NCBI RefSeq assembly: GCF_036365525.1
Contig: NC_090399.1
Span: 32,830,430-32,894,429 of the forward strand
Direction of reading: 5' to 3'
Source: Heterodontus francisci
Taxonomy: Eukaryota
Length of the DNA stretch: 64,000 bases
Positions 50,136 to 63,559 of the stretch are shown one piece after another. Below the pieces are notes generated by a model that had not been told where the DNA came from, ran no database searches, and worked only from the letters and a program-made list of their open reading frames with translations. Made by a program: the position numbers and the translations under genes. Position 1 is the first letter of the stretch; every line of letters starts with the position of its first letter.

Positions 50136-52265
50136 TTAATAAAAGCAAAATACTGCGGATGCTGGAAATCTGAAATAAAAACAAGAAATGCTGGAACCAC
50201 TCAGCAGGTCTGGCAGCATCTGTGGAAAGAGAAGCAGAGTTAACGTTTCGGGTCAGTGACCCTTCTTCGGAACTGACAAATATTAGAAAAGTCACAGGTT
50301 ATAAGCAAGTGAGGTGGGGGTGGGGCAAGAGGTAACAAAGGAAGTCTAGATTGGACCAGGCCGCATAACTGACCAAAAGGTCACGGAGCAAAGGCAAACA
50401 ATATGTTAATGGTGTGTTGAAAGGCAAAGCATTAGTACAGATTAGGTGTTAATACACTGAATATTGAACAGCAGCAAGTGCAAACCTGAAAAAAACAGTG
50501 AGTAAGCAAACTGAACAAACTAAGATGAAATGAAATAAATGCAAAACAAAGATTGTAAAAAAGAATGTGAAAAGAAAGAGAAAAAAAATTAAAAATGAAA
50601 GTAAAATGGGGGACTGTCATGCTCTGAAATTATTGAACTCAATGTTCAGTCCGGCAGGCTGTAGTGTGCCTAATCGGTAAATGAGATGCTGTTCCTCGAG
50701 CTTGCGTTGATGTTCACTGGAACACTGCAGCAATCCCAGGACAGAGATGTGAGCATGAGAGCAGGGGGGAGTGTTGAAATGGCAAGCAACCGGAAGCTCA
50801 GGGTCTTGCTTGCGAACTGAGCGGAGATGTTCCGCAAAGCGGTCTGCGCTTGGTCTCCCCAATGTAGAGGAGACCACACTGTGAGCAGCGAATACAGTAT
50901 ACTACATTGAAAGAAGTACAAGTAAATCGCTGCTTCACCTGAAAGGAGTGTTTGGGGCCTGGGATAGTGAGGAGAGAGGAGGTAAATGGGCAGGTATTAC
51001 ACCTCCTGCGATTGCAGGGGAAGATGCCATGGGAAGGGGACGAGGTGGTGAGGGTAATGGAGGAGTGGACCAGGGTGTCGCGGAGGGAACGATCCCTTCG
51101 GAATGCTGACAGGGGAATGGAGGGGAAGATGCGACTGGTAGTGGCATCACGCTGGAGGTGGCGGAAATGACGGGGGATGATCCTTTGGATATGGAGGCTG
51201 GTGGGGTGAAAAGTGAGGACAAGGGGAACCCTGTCACGGTTCTTGGAGGGAGGGGAAGGGGTGAGGGTAGAGGTGCGGGGAATGGGTCGGACACGTTTGA
51301 GGGCCCTGTCAACAACAGTGGGGGGAAATCCTCGGTTGAGGAAAAAGGAGGTCATACCAGAAGCACCATCATGGAAGGTAGCATCATCAGAGCAGATGCG
51401 TTGGAGACGGAGAAACTGGGAGAATGGAATGGAGTCCTTACAGGAGGTAGGGTGTGAAGAAGTGTAGTTGAGGTAGCTGTGGGAGTCGGTGGGCTTATAA
51501 TGGATATTATTAGACAACCTATCCCCAGAGATGGAGACAGAGAAGTCAAGGAAGGGAAGGGAAGTGTCAGAGATAGACCATGTAAAGGTGAGAGAAGGGT
51601 GGAAATTGGAAGCAAAGTAGATAAAGTATTCCAGTTCGGGGCGGGAGCAGGAAACGGCACCGATACAGTCATCAATGTACCGGAAAAAGAGTTGGGGGAG
51701 GGGGCCTGAGTAGGACTGGAACAAAGAATGCTCAACATATCCCACAAAAAGACAGGCATAACTAGGACCCATGCGGGTACCCATAGCGACACCTTTTACT
51801 TGAAGGAAGTGCGTAGAGTTGAAGGAGAAGTTGCTCAATGTGAGAACAAGTTCAGCCAGGCAGAGGAGGGTGGTGGTGGATGGGGACTGGTTGGGCCTCT
51901 GTTCCAGGAAGAAGCGGAGAGCCCTCAAACCATCCTGGTGGGGGATGGAGGTGTAGAGTGATTGGACGTCCATCGTGAAGAGGAGGCGGTTGTGACAAGG
52001 AAACTGGAAATTGTCAAAATGACGTAGGGCATCAGAAGAGTCACGGATGTAGGTGGGAAGAGACTGGACCAGCGGAGAAAAGATAGAGTCAAGATAGGAA
52101 GAAATAAGTTCAGTGGGGCAGGAGCAGGCTGACACAATGGGTCTGCCGGGACAGTCCCGTTTGTGGATTTTGGGAAGGAGGTAGAAGCGGGCTGTCCGGG
52201 GTTGTGGGACTATGAGGTTGGAAGCTGTAGGGGGAAGATCTCCAGAGGAGATGAGGTCAGTGACA
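50136..52265 (-). mobile_element. Second Penelope-like element, 5'-truncated
   Basis: ORF 52135-50798 (MDVQSLYT, GVAMGTRMGP, RYIDD, VVYCIRC..YIGET) with a frameshift near its end; 10-bp TSD GCAATACACT at 50126 and 52266. Confidence 0.92.
50238..50274 (-). ncRNA. Minimal hammerhead ribozyme motif (PLE-associated)
   Basis: Same 37-mer in the second Penelope copy. Confidence 0.7.
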
Positions 52266-52602
52266 GCAATACACTATAAGTGACTAAGTATATTACAACA
52301 TAAAAGATTACTAAAAGATCGAAAACAAAAGTCCAACCTTGACAATGTTACAGCAAAATGTCTTGGAATATCTATGAAAATTCAAAGTAAGCTGTTATCT
52401 TAAATTCCTCAAGTAAGCCTCCTGTTTAACAAAACAAAACACTCACGAATAATTCTCTTGTCATGCAGTCAGTCTCCTTTACCATAGATTGAGAAGCATT
52501 ATTGAGGAATTCAATACTTCTAATTTTTCAATTCAAAACTCTCACGCCTATACTGTTTCTAATCAATTAGTCATCCTTTGTAAATGTGGGTGTTACCTTT
52601 CT

Positions 52603-52702
52603 GGCCTTTATAGCCACTCCAGGCGCTGCTCCACACACCACTGACCACCTCCAGGCGCTTACCCATTGTCTCTCGAGATAAGGAGGCCAAAGACTACAAG
52701 AC
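52603..52702 (+). mobile_element. ~100-bp RTE 3' tip
   Basis: Matches the RTE 3' end; 9-bp TSD TACCTTTCT at 52594 and 52703. Confidence 0.85.
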
Positions 52703-53424
52703 TACCTTTCTTTGAATGTTCCTTCCTCTTTCATTATTCATATATGGTTGTATCTTTCACTTATTAATTATTTAATTGCTGGGGATTCCCTTATGAAGTT
52801 GTGAGCTTTTATCTGTTCAAAATGTTTGTAGTGTTTCATAGTAACAGTATGACCTTGCTTTATTGGTTACTTAACTTCATAAACGTGTTTTATTCTTCAA
52901 AGCTTTTTAAATGTCAGGTTAACTTAGGGTTACATAGCATCTGATTTTTGTCCATGATGTGCCATTTTGTGATTGATCATTCACAATGGTTCCTTAGTGC
53001 TACCTTGCACCATCTTCTTAAGACAGTGTGTCTATATTATATTTCATTATCAGCTAATTAGGACAGTAGTTATCAGTGTATATCATATACAGTATGTCTC
53101 ATTTTTTAATTAATTTAGCAGAGACATTGGGATGGATTTTTAACTAAAGGGCTTTTATTACACATTTCAATGTAGCAGAGATGTCAGGATGAATTTTTAA
53201 TGCTTTTATCTTGAAAACTGACAATTTACTCAATTTTTAATTGTATTAAATGAATCTTTATTCCTAAAGTGTAATTTATTATATCTGAATTCTACTTAAT
53301 TAAATGTATGTATTAATTATCTATATTCTTTCCTAATTATCCGTACTATACCTATAGTTCATCACACGGGTGGGGGAGTGTTCCTTTAAATACACAGAAC
53401 AAGATCTGGGGTTGAGTGTTCCTT

Positions 53425-56400
53425 GTGGGATGTTTTGCTGGTGCTGTTGGGGATGGTTTAAACTAGTTTGGCGGGGGGATGGGGACCTGAGGGTATACTC
53501 AGTTGGGAGAAAATCAGAAATAAAAATGGAAGGCAGAAAGTTAATGGTTGAGTCTGAAAGATAGAGGAAACAAAGGTTAGAAAACAAAAAAAAATTGTTG
53601 GGCAGTGGTCAAGATTATTTATTTCAGTGCAAGGAGTATAGCAAATAAAGCAGATGAGCTGAGGGCACAGATAGACACCTCGCAGTATATCATATCATTC
53701 GCTATTACAGAAACAATGCTTAAGGAGGGACAGGAATAGCAGTTCAACGTTCCTGGTTACAAGGTTTTCAGAGGCGATAGGGAGGGGATAAGAAATGAGG
53801 GGGAGTGGTAATTTTGGTTAAGGAAACTATTACAGCTGTGAGGAGGGATGATTTGTTGGAAGGTTCATCAAATGAGGTCATATGAATTGAGCTAAGGAAC
53901 AAAAAAAGGGCAATCACACTGCTGTGAGTGTACTATAGACCCTCAAACAGTCAGAGGGAGATAGAAGAGCAGATATGTGGGAAAATTTCTGGGAAGTGCT
54001 AGAACAATAGGGTAGTAATAGTAGGGGATTTTAACTACCCCAATACTAACTGGGATAGTTTTAGTGTGAAAGGAATTGAGGGAGCAGAATTCTTGAGGTG
54101 CATTCAGGAGAACCTTTTTGGCCAGTATGTAGCAAGTCCAACAGAGGGATAGACTTAGTTTTAGGAAATGAAAATGGACTGGTGGAAGGAGTGGCAGTGG
54201 GAGAGCATTTTGGTGGTAGTGATAATAATTCAGTCAGTTTTAACAGAATTATGGAAAAGGACAGAGATAGAACAGGAGTTAGAGTTCTCAATTGGGGCAG
54301 TGTAAGGCATTCAAGAGGGAGATTCAAGGGGTTCAGATTAAACATGTTCCTACAAAGAAAAGGAGTGAGATGGCCAAATCTGGAGCCCCATGGATGTCAA
54401 GGAGCCTACAGGGTAAGCTATGGCAGAAAAGGAAAGCTTATGTCCAACACTACAGAAAGTAGAAAGGAGAAATCAAAAAGGAAATTAGGAAAGCAAAGAG
54501 AGGGCATGAAAGAATATTGGCAAGTAAAATCAAGGTGAACCCAAAGATGTTTTATCAATACATTAAGAGTAAGAGGATAACTAAGGAAAGAGTAGGGCCC
54601 ATAAAAGACCAAAAAGGTAACCTATATGTAGGGGCAGAAGATGTTGGTATGGTTCTTAATGAATACTTTGCATCTGTCTTCACAAAAGAGGGGGATGATA
54701 CAGATTTAATAGTTAAGGAGGAAGAGTGTGAAGTAATGGATGTGATAAACGTAGGGAGAGAGGATTAATGGGATTAGCATCCTTGAAAGTTGATAATTCA
54801 CCAGGGCCAGATGAAATGTACCCTAGGCTGTTAAAAGACATGAGAGAGGAAATAGCAAAAGGTCTGACCATCATTTTCCAGGACTCACTGGGTACAGGTG
54901 TGATGCCAGAGGATTGGAGAACTGCTAACATTGAACCTGTTTGAAAAGGGAGCGAGGGAGAGACCAAATAACAGGTCAGTCAGTCAGTCTTACCTCAGTA
55001 GTGGACAAATTATTGAAATCTATTCTGTGAGACATTTTAAACTGTCACTTAGAAAGGCACAAGTAAATCAAGGATAGTCAGCATGGATTTGTTAAGGGAA
55101 GTTCTAGTTTGACCAACTTGAATGAATTTTTTGAAGAAGTAACAAGCAAGATAGATGAGGGTAATGCAGGTGATGTGGTCTACATGGATTTTAACAAGAC
55201 TATCGACGAGGTTCTGCATGGAAGACTGCATGAAAATAAATAAAATCCCATGGGATCCAGGGAAATGCAGCAAGGTGGATACAATATTGGCTCAGTGGCA
55301 GGAAACAAAGGGTAATTGTTGACAGGTGTTTTAGCGACTGGAGGGCTGTTCCCAGTGGCGTTCCGCAGGGCTCAGTATTGGGTCCCCTGTTTTCCATCCA
55401 AATCATTAATATATACCGTGTAAATATGGGGGGCACGATCAAGAAGTTTGCAGATGACACAAAGATTGGCTGTATGGTAGATAGCGAGGAGGATAGCTGT
55501 AGGCTACAGGAAGATATTGATGGTCTGTCAAATGGGCAGAAAAGTGGCAAATGGAATTCAACCTGGAGAAGTGTGAGGTGATGCATTTGGGGAGGTCAAA
55601 CAAGGCTTCTCAGTCTTTAGGGATAAGCCAGGATGTACAATCCTAACCATACATGATGTGGATATAGGAGGAACCATTCCTTTAAGACATCCTTACCACT
55701 TAAGTCCAGACAGGCCCAAGTAAAAGCAGAAATCCAATACATGCTGGAAAAAAACTTGATTGAACCTAGTCAGAGTAGCTTTTGGGGAGGAGGAATATAC
55801 AATTAATGGGAAAATACTGAGAAGTGTAGATGAAGTAAGGGGCCTTGTAGAGAATGTCTACAGATCCCTGAATGTAGCAGGACAGGTCGACAAGGTGGTT
55901 AAAAAAGCAATATGGAATCCTTTCCTTTATTAACTGAGGTATAGAATATAAGAGCAAGGAGGTTATGCTGGAACTGTATAATTCGGTGGTTAGACCACAA
56001 CTTGAGTACCGTGTGCAGTTCTGGTCACCTCATTACAAAAAGGATGTAATTACACTAGAGAGGGTACAGAGGAGATTTATGAGGATGTTGCCAGGACTGG
56101 AAAAATGTAGCAATGAGGAAAGATTGGATAGGCTGGGGTTGTTCTCCTTGGAACAGAGAAGGCTGAGGGGTGATCTTATTGAAATGTACAAAATTTTGAG
56201 GGGCCTGGATAGAGTGGAGGTGAAGGGTCTATTCATCTTAGAGAGGTCAGTGACGAGGGGGCATAGATTTAAAGTGATTGGGAAAAAAAAGAGATGAGGA
56301 AAACCATCTTCACCCAGAGGGTGGTGGGTGTCTGGAACTCACTGCTTGAAAGGGTAGTTGAGGCAGACACCCTGTACTTACTCAAAAGGAGCCTGGATAT

Positions 56401-56535
56401 GCACCTCAAGTGCAGTAATCTGCAGGGCTACAGACCAAATGCTGGAAGGTGGGATTAGAATAGGTGGATTGTTTTTTGGCCGGCACAGACACAAGGGGCC
56501 AAGTGGCCTCTGTGTGCCTTAATCCTTCTATGATT
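53425..56535 (+). mobile_element. CR1 LINE (ORF1 end, ORF2, tail) interleaved with 175 bp of Gypsy RT at 55605-55780
   Basis: LNEYFASVFT, FADDTKIG, LEYRVQFWSP and 3' tail. Confidence 0.85.
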
Positions 56536-57900
56536 CCAGCTGGAGTTCACCAATAGTTCTAGTACCTAAACCGGAGGTCTACCCGATTTTGTATAGACTA
56601 CAGAAAAGTCAATGCAGTAACGAAGGCAGACTCCTATCCAATTCTGTGTTTAGAAGACTGTATCGACAGAGTGGGCAGTGCTAGATTTCCCACCAAGATT
56701 TACTTGTTAAAAAGGGATACTGGCAAGTTCCTTTGACTCCTTGAGCCAGAGAGATATCAGCTTTTGTAACACCAGACGGTCACCATCAGTGCCAAGTGAT
56801 GCCATTTGGGCAGAAAAATGCTTCAACCACTTTTCAAAGATTAATGAATCAGGTGATATCCCGTGTTCCCAACTGTGTAGTGTATCTCGATGATACAGTA
56901 ATACTTGGCAAGAACACAAACCAGCTAAAAATTCTGTTTAAAAAAACTACAAACAGCGGATTTAGTGATAAATCTGGAAAAAAGTGAATTCAGAAAAGCA
57001 AGAGTAACTTCCCTCGGACACATAATTGGGCAAGGACAAGTATTGCCAAAAATGGCAAAGGTACGTGCCTTAACGGAGTTCCCAGTCCCTAAATGTAAGT
57101 GGGAAATAACAAGGTTTTTGGAGATGTGTGGAAATTTGTCCAGAATTTTAGTACTGTGGCTGCTCCATTAACCAATTTACTGCAAAAAAACAAAGTGGTA
57201 TGGTCAGGTGAATATCAGGCAGCTTTTGAAAAGCTAAAGGCAATCCTAACTAATGAACCAGTGTTGGCTGCTCCAAATTTTGCAAAACCCTTTAATATTT
57301 TGCTCAGTGGTAGCGATCTGGTGGTTGGTGCAGTTCTATTGCAGGATAACGAATCAGGCATAGAGAAGCCAGGAGGGTACTTTAAGAAAACTAAATTGCC
57401 ATCAAAAAAAGTATTTCACTGTGGAAAAAGAAACATTACGACTTTTACGGGATCTCGAACATTTCGAAGTATAAGTCCACTGAGACTATAAACAAACACT
57501 AATATACACTGACCATAACCCATTAACGTTTGTGGAAAAATTTAAAAACTGAAATGCTGGAATATTTTGATGGAGTTTGCTGTTACAACTTTATCATTTG
57601 AAAATCGGACATATTTCAAGGAAAAAACAAAGTTATCACTGACACTTTATCACAAATTTAACCATGTTAAGTTACACAGATGGCGATGGTACAAAGAAAA
57701 TGCTGCAAATTCACTGTGAATGATTGCGTGAAAGTAAAAAAAGCTAGCGGTTTTTCCCAGCTGCTATTTCTTTTGTATTGTAATAAGGTTCATGTCAAGA
57801 ATGTCGTTTCATATCAAGGACAAAGGTGGGTCACGGAACAATATTTATTTTCCCCTCAGATTAAAACAGTGTGTACCATTCAGACTCTGTTTTTAAACAG
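55605..57900 (+). mobile_element. Gypsy RT-RNase H remnant (55605-55780 plus 56536-57900)
   Basis: ..LIEPSQSS | WSSPIVLVPKP..DYRKVN..MPFGQKNASTTFQRLMN..YLDD; VGAVLLQ. Confidence 0.85.
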
Positions 57901-57904
57901 TGTG

Positions 57905-59160
57905 CCAGTGGAGGGGAGGGGGAGGGAGAGTGGAGGGGAGGGGGAGAGAGAGTGGAGGGGAGGGGGAGAGAGAGTGGAGGGGAGGGGGAGAGAGAGTGGA
58001 GGGGAGGGGGAGAGAGAGTGGAGGGGAGGGGGAGAGAGAGTGGAGGGGAGGGGGAGAGAGAGTGGAGGGGAGGGGGAGAGAGAGTGGAGGGGAGGGGGAG
58101 AGAGAGTGGAGGGGAGGGGGAGAGAGAGTGGAGGGGAGGGGGAGAGAGAGTGGAGGGGAGGGGGAGAGAGAGTGGAGGGGAGGGGGAGAGAGAGTGGGGG
58201 GGAGGGGGAGAGAGAGTGGGGGGGAGGGGGAGAGAGAGTGTGGGGGAGGGGGAGAGAGAGTGTGGGGGAGGGGGAGAGAGAGTGTGGGGGAGGGGGAGAG
58301 AGAGTGTGGGGGAGGGGGAGAGAGAGTGTGGGGGAGGGGGAGAGAGAGTGTGGGGGAGGGGGAGAGAGAGTGTGGGGGAGGGGGAGAGAGAGTGTGGGGG
58401 AGGGGGGAGAGAGAGTGTGGGGGAGGGGGAGAGAGAGTGTGGGGGAGGGGGAGAGAGAGTGTGGGGGAGGGGGAGAGAGAGTGGAGGGGAGGGGGAGAGA
58501 GAGTGGAGGGGAGGGGGAGAGAGAGTGGAGGGGAGGGGGAGAGAGAGTGTGGGGGAGGGGGAGAGGAGAGAGGGGGTGGAGGGGGAGAGAGTGGGGGTGG
58601 AGGGGGAGAGAGTGGGGGTGGAGGGGGAGAGAGTGGGGGTGGAGGGGGAGAGAGTGGGGGTGGAGGGGGAGAGAGTGTTGGCGGGGAGGGGGAGAGAGTG
58701 TTGGCGGGGAGGGGGAGAGAGTGTTGGCGGGGAGGGGGAGAGAGTGTTGGCGGGGAGGGGGAGAGAGTGTTGGCGGGGAGGGGGAGAGAGTGTTGGCGGG
58801 GAGGGGGAGAGAGTGTTGGCGGGGAGGGGGAGAGAGTGTTGGCGGGGAGGGGGAGAGAGTGTTGGCGGGGAGGGGGAGAGAGTGTTGGCGGGGAGGGGGA
58901 GAGAGTGTTGGCGGGGAGGGGGAGAGAGTGTTGGCGGGGAGGGGGAGAGAGTGTTGGCGGGGAGGGGGAGAGAGTGTTGGCGGGGAGGGGGAGAGAGTGT
59001 TGGCGGGGAGGGGGAGAGAGTGTTGGCGGGGAGGGGGTGAGAGAGTGGAGGGGGTGAGGGGGTGAGAGAGTGGGGGGGGGAGGGGGTGAGAGAGTGGGGG
59101 GGGGAGGGGGTGAGAGAGTGGGGGGGGGAGGGGGTGAGAGAGAGAGGGGAGAGAGAGTAG
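57905..59160. repeat. G-rich 21-23-bp minisatellite array
   Basis: Units gagtggaggggagggggagaga changing to gagtgttggcggggagggggaga; more than 50 copies. Confidence 0.95.
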
Positions 59161-59252
59161 GGGTAGATCAGTTCCCTCTACTGGCAAACTGTGGACAACT
59201 TCTACAGTTACCATTACCAGATATTAAGTCACATTTTAAGTGCTGTTTATAT

Positions 59253-59983
59253 TGTTACGACCAACCGTTCAAGTCAGAGCTCCCAAACAAAATATGCGAT
59301 TCTGATTGTGGGGCAGAAATGCTCTTGATTCAATCCTGCACCTCCACAGATAACCAGGTGTATTTAGATCAACAAATTACCTGTTTAATTAGAAAAACGA
59401 AATTATTAAACATTACGATATAAACTTTTAAAATAGAAAAATTAGTGTCCTTGCATACTTACAATCCTGCCGAAGTAGAATCTTCCAATGTGGAAGAGTC
59501 CAAGGTTGCTTAAAGTTCTCACAGATGGGGGAGAAAAAAAGGTTCTTCAACAGTAGAACAGTCCGTAGTCGAATTCAGCAGTCGAGTTGATGCTCTTTTC
59601 CAGTGATGAATTGCAACAATTACAGTTCTGTAGTTCAAGGAATTTGGTTATTTTCTTTTAAGAAATTAATGTTGCTTGACAGAATTCTGAGTGTATAATA
59701 AATGAGGTTTAAATAAACAAACAGAGAGCTCTCATTTCCTCCAGTATATGCTGGTCCAGCTGTCTGTATTAACTGTGTCTCAAAAAACAGTTTTCAACTA
59801 GTTTCAAATGTCAATCGGCAACAATATATCTCTCGATCCTCAGTCTGAGTGGCTTTATCCTGGGACAATGAGAATGAATTCTTTGACTCAGTCTCTGGAG
59901 CTTGTTGCCTTAAAGCAGTACTGCTCCTTTTCCAGCCTTACAGGCACACCACAGTCTTCCTGAAAAAAAACTACAGTATCATA
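59253..59983. mobile_element. Solo LTR nested in the Gmr1-like protease region
   Basis: Starts TGTTACGA; ATAT duplicated on both flanks; removing it restores VPLYKQHL on the - strand. Confidence 0.65.
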
Positions 59984-60535
59984 ATATAAAGGTACAGGTA
60001 TCTATTCCCCACCAATTCCATTAACTAAAACTTTAGCATTCAGAATGATCCCTGGTGAAATGTTATACCTTTCGCCAGCAAAAGTATTTGGGTTGCTCCT
60101 GTATCCCTGAGTATAATAGATTTTCCTGCCTCACTTAAAGGATATGGCATTACATTTCCCATTGACAAGAACTCATTACAACTTTCGGGTATCTCATGTA
60201 TAACCTCTACACTCACTTTAGTTTTTGTTTCTGGTTTGACAGCCACCGTTAAATCAATAACCTGGTCTATTTTACTCTCAGTCAGAGCTCATTTCTCTAC
60301 GTTAGCTTTGTGTACCTTAACAAGTCCTATGGTTTTATCGCACAACTGCCAGCATTGTGAATGAAGATGATCTGTTTTGTGGCAATGATAACACTTTAAC
60401 TTGTGAAACCCACTTCAACCCTCGGCACTTTCCTTTCTGGCCTGTGATGATGATCCTGGGACATTCCCAGCTGTTCCTTCTTGTCTCCGACTACTTGCCT
60501 TCCTTTCTCTTTCCCATTTTCTATCCTTCTCCGGT

Positions 60536-61255
60536 TTAGGGAGGTGATGGACAAAAGGTTTTAGTCCACAGGACCTGAAGATGGCAGGACAGGTAGATAG
60601 AGTGGTGAAGAAGGCATATGGAATGCTTTCCTTTATTGGCCGAGGTATAGAATTTAAAAACAGGGATGTAATGCTGGAACAGTATAAAAACGCTGGTTAG
60701 GCCACAGTTAGAGTATTGCATACAGTTCTGGTAACCACTTTACGAAAGGACATAATTGCTCGAGAGAGAGTACAGAGGAGATGTACAAGAATGTCACCAG
60801 GGCACGAAATTGCAGCTTTGAGGAAAGGCTCGGGTTATTTTGCTTAGAACAGAGGAGGCTGAGGGGTGACTTACTTGAGGTGTACAAAATTATAAGGGGT
60901 CTAGATAGAATAGACAGGAAGGACCTGTTTCCCCTAGTGGAGAGGGGAATTACCAGGGGGCATAGATTTAAGGTGATTTGTGGAAGGATTAGAGGGGACC
61001 TGAGGAAAAACATTTTCACCCAGAGCGTGGTGAGTGTCTGGAATTCACTGCCAGGAATGGTGGTGAAGGCAGAAACCCTCAATTCTTTTAAATGGTACCT
61101 GGACATGCACCTGAAGTGCTTTAACCAGCAAGGCTATGGACCAGGTGCTGGAAAGTGGGATTAAATTGGGTGGGTAGTTTTTTTTTCCAGCCGGCACGGA
61201 CATGACTGGCTGAATGGCCTCCTTCTGTGCTGTAATTTTTCTATAGTTCTGTGGT
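60536..61255 (+). mobile_element. CR1 3' fragment
   Basis: LEQRRLRGDLLEVYK..FTQSVVSVWNSLP plus tail. Confidence 0.88.
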
Positions 61256-63559
61256 TCTCTTCACAAGCTCAAAATCATCAGCAATTTCCACTGCTTGCCT
61301 AGCTTTCAAAACTCTCAGGTTATCTACATGAGTTCTCACTACTGAAGGATTGAAATTTTTAAACTCTTCCAAGAGAATCAATTCTCTAAGTTTCTCATAT
61401 GTGGCTTCCATCTTTAATGTCTGTATCCAATGGTCAAAATTAATTTGCTTCACCCTCAAATTCTACAAATGACCGTCCAGCCAATCTCCACAAGTTCTGA
61501 AACTTTTGATGGTAAGCTTCAGGGACTAACTCATAAGCAGCGAGAATAGCCTTTTTTGCCATCTCAATCTGCAGAAGCCTCTTCAGGAAGCATGTCATAA
61601 GCTTCAGGAGTTCTGCCCATCAACCTGCTTTGCATAAGCAGTGTCCAGCTTTCCTTCAGCCATTTCATTTGTTTGGCTATTTTTTCAAAAGATATGAAAA
61701 ATGCCTCCAAGTCCTTTTTCTCAAAGTTAGGGAGAACATGTATGATTTTAAACAGCTTTTAGCTGTGTCCTGGGCTGAATTCAAATTCCTACTGACAAAA
61801 AACTTTCTCTGGATTCAAGACGACCCCTTTATCTTAGTTCCATCTTTTTTAACCTAAATTCTTCTCTCCTCTTTCACTTTCTCTCTGATGTGCTCTCTCT
61901 TTCTCCCATTCCAATTCAAGTTTTCTTAATTCTTTTTCAGCCTCAAGTTTTTTTTTGTTTATAACTTAATCCTAGCCAATACCACTGACTTACTATTTAC
62001 ATTCTCTGACTTACTATCTTTTTGTTCTTTATCTTCTAATTCATCTTCTAATCATGCCAAAGATTTGCAGGTTGATAGGTAAATTGGCCATTGTAAATTG
62101 CCCCTAGTGTAGGTAGGTGGTAGGAGAATTGAGGGAAGATGGGAGAGGGAAATGGGATTAATGTAAGATTAGTATAAATGGGTGGTTGATGGTTGGCACT
62201 GACTCGGTGGACCAAAGGGCCTGTTTCAGTGCTATATCTCTCTATGGCTCTGTGACTCTAATTTTAAATGTTGGGCTATTATGTCAATTACCTGCTTTTT
62301 AGCACCTTATTTCAACTCTCATCCCAATTGTGCTGCCAATTCTTTCAGTTTATTTTTAAAGTTCACACAGCACTGAGGGATATTCTCCTCTCCCAGAAAA
62401 AAAAACTACTGCAACTGCTAATGCCAGTCTGATGGCATAGCCTTTATTGTAGAAGAAACCTGGTTCCTTTTATTTATTTTTTCTTTCAAATTATTGCTCC
62501 CTTTATAAATAAGGTCATTGGTATTGGATTTAGATTGGAGACCAGACATAAGAGCAATTTATGTGATCCCAGAGACAAGCCCCCAATTAATATGTTGTGA
62601 CTGAGGCGGGAGAAATGCACTGCCAATTCAATCCCAATACGCGATAGGTTGTAGCATAATAAACTTTTCCCACTTACCAGAAATTAGCCAAATTAAAAAC
62701 TTGAGTAACCCCCAGAATAAAACAGACAAAACCATGTTTCTTTCAACAACAAACTAATTATTAATAAACTAAATTTGGAGATAAATCTATGTCTAAAGAC
62801 CTTAGAACTTTTTAGTTTATCCTAACCTTCATGCACACACATCGTATATTCAACAACTAACTGTTAACTTTATTTTTTTAAAAAAACAAGAGCTGTTTCT
62901 TCGGAATAAATAGGTGGGATGTAAGTCCTGGTGAGTTATGTTCCCAATTGGTGAGGTGTCCCAGCATTGAGTCATCAGATGCAACTCAAAGTCTCCAGGT
63001 GAATTTGATGAACAGATTTTACTGGATAGGTATTCAAAGCACTCCGGTTGCAGTAGGTGTTGCATAGTTCTTTTAATAAAGAATGTAGCAACAGTATTAT
63101 TTGGATTTTAAAACTGGTAGTCTTTCAGGAGAAACTCTACTGAGAATTCCAGTAAACACAAACAGATAACAGAGTCACTCTTGAAGCAGAGAATTCTTAT
63201 AATTTTGAAGTGAAAAGGAATTTACTACCTTCAACAATGCAAATGTTCTTTTTCTAGGGTTTTTTCCTCTCCTTAGACAATATAGAACCTGAAAATAAAT
63301 GTAGATTTTCCTACCAAGAGAGGACACCTTCCTTTTAGTGAAACACACTTTACTAGTCTCCAGTTCAAACTGGTCTTAGCCAGTTTTTATACAGTCAAAA
63401 GTCACAGTACAGCATGTGACTTCCCTCTCCTGCTGTTGCCTAGGAAACAGATGCAGCTGCTGGCACATTGCCCCTTAGTTTTTAAAGGCACACCATTTTC
63501 AAACAAAGTCTTAAAGGTAGACTGTTTTAAACAGAGGAGAAAAAAAAAGTTCTATAACA

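Larger units (their letters stand above)
59161..63559 (-). mobile_element. Gmr1-like Gypsy 5' half: LTR 62593-63559, tRNA-Pro-like PBS 62566-62585, gag, protease
   Basis: PBS TGGGGGCTTGTCTCTGGGAT; LRELILLEEFK; CYHCHKTDHLHSQC; ILRDTGATQ. Nested CR1 at 60536-61255 and SINE piece at 62054-62250. Confidence 0.85.

Noticed and set aside
57680-59214. Long RG/GE-rich and Pro/Ser/Leu-rich ORFs (385-461 aa)
   Set aside because: Open in several frames on both strands because the minisatellite lacks stop codons; intronic.
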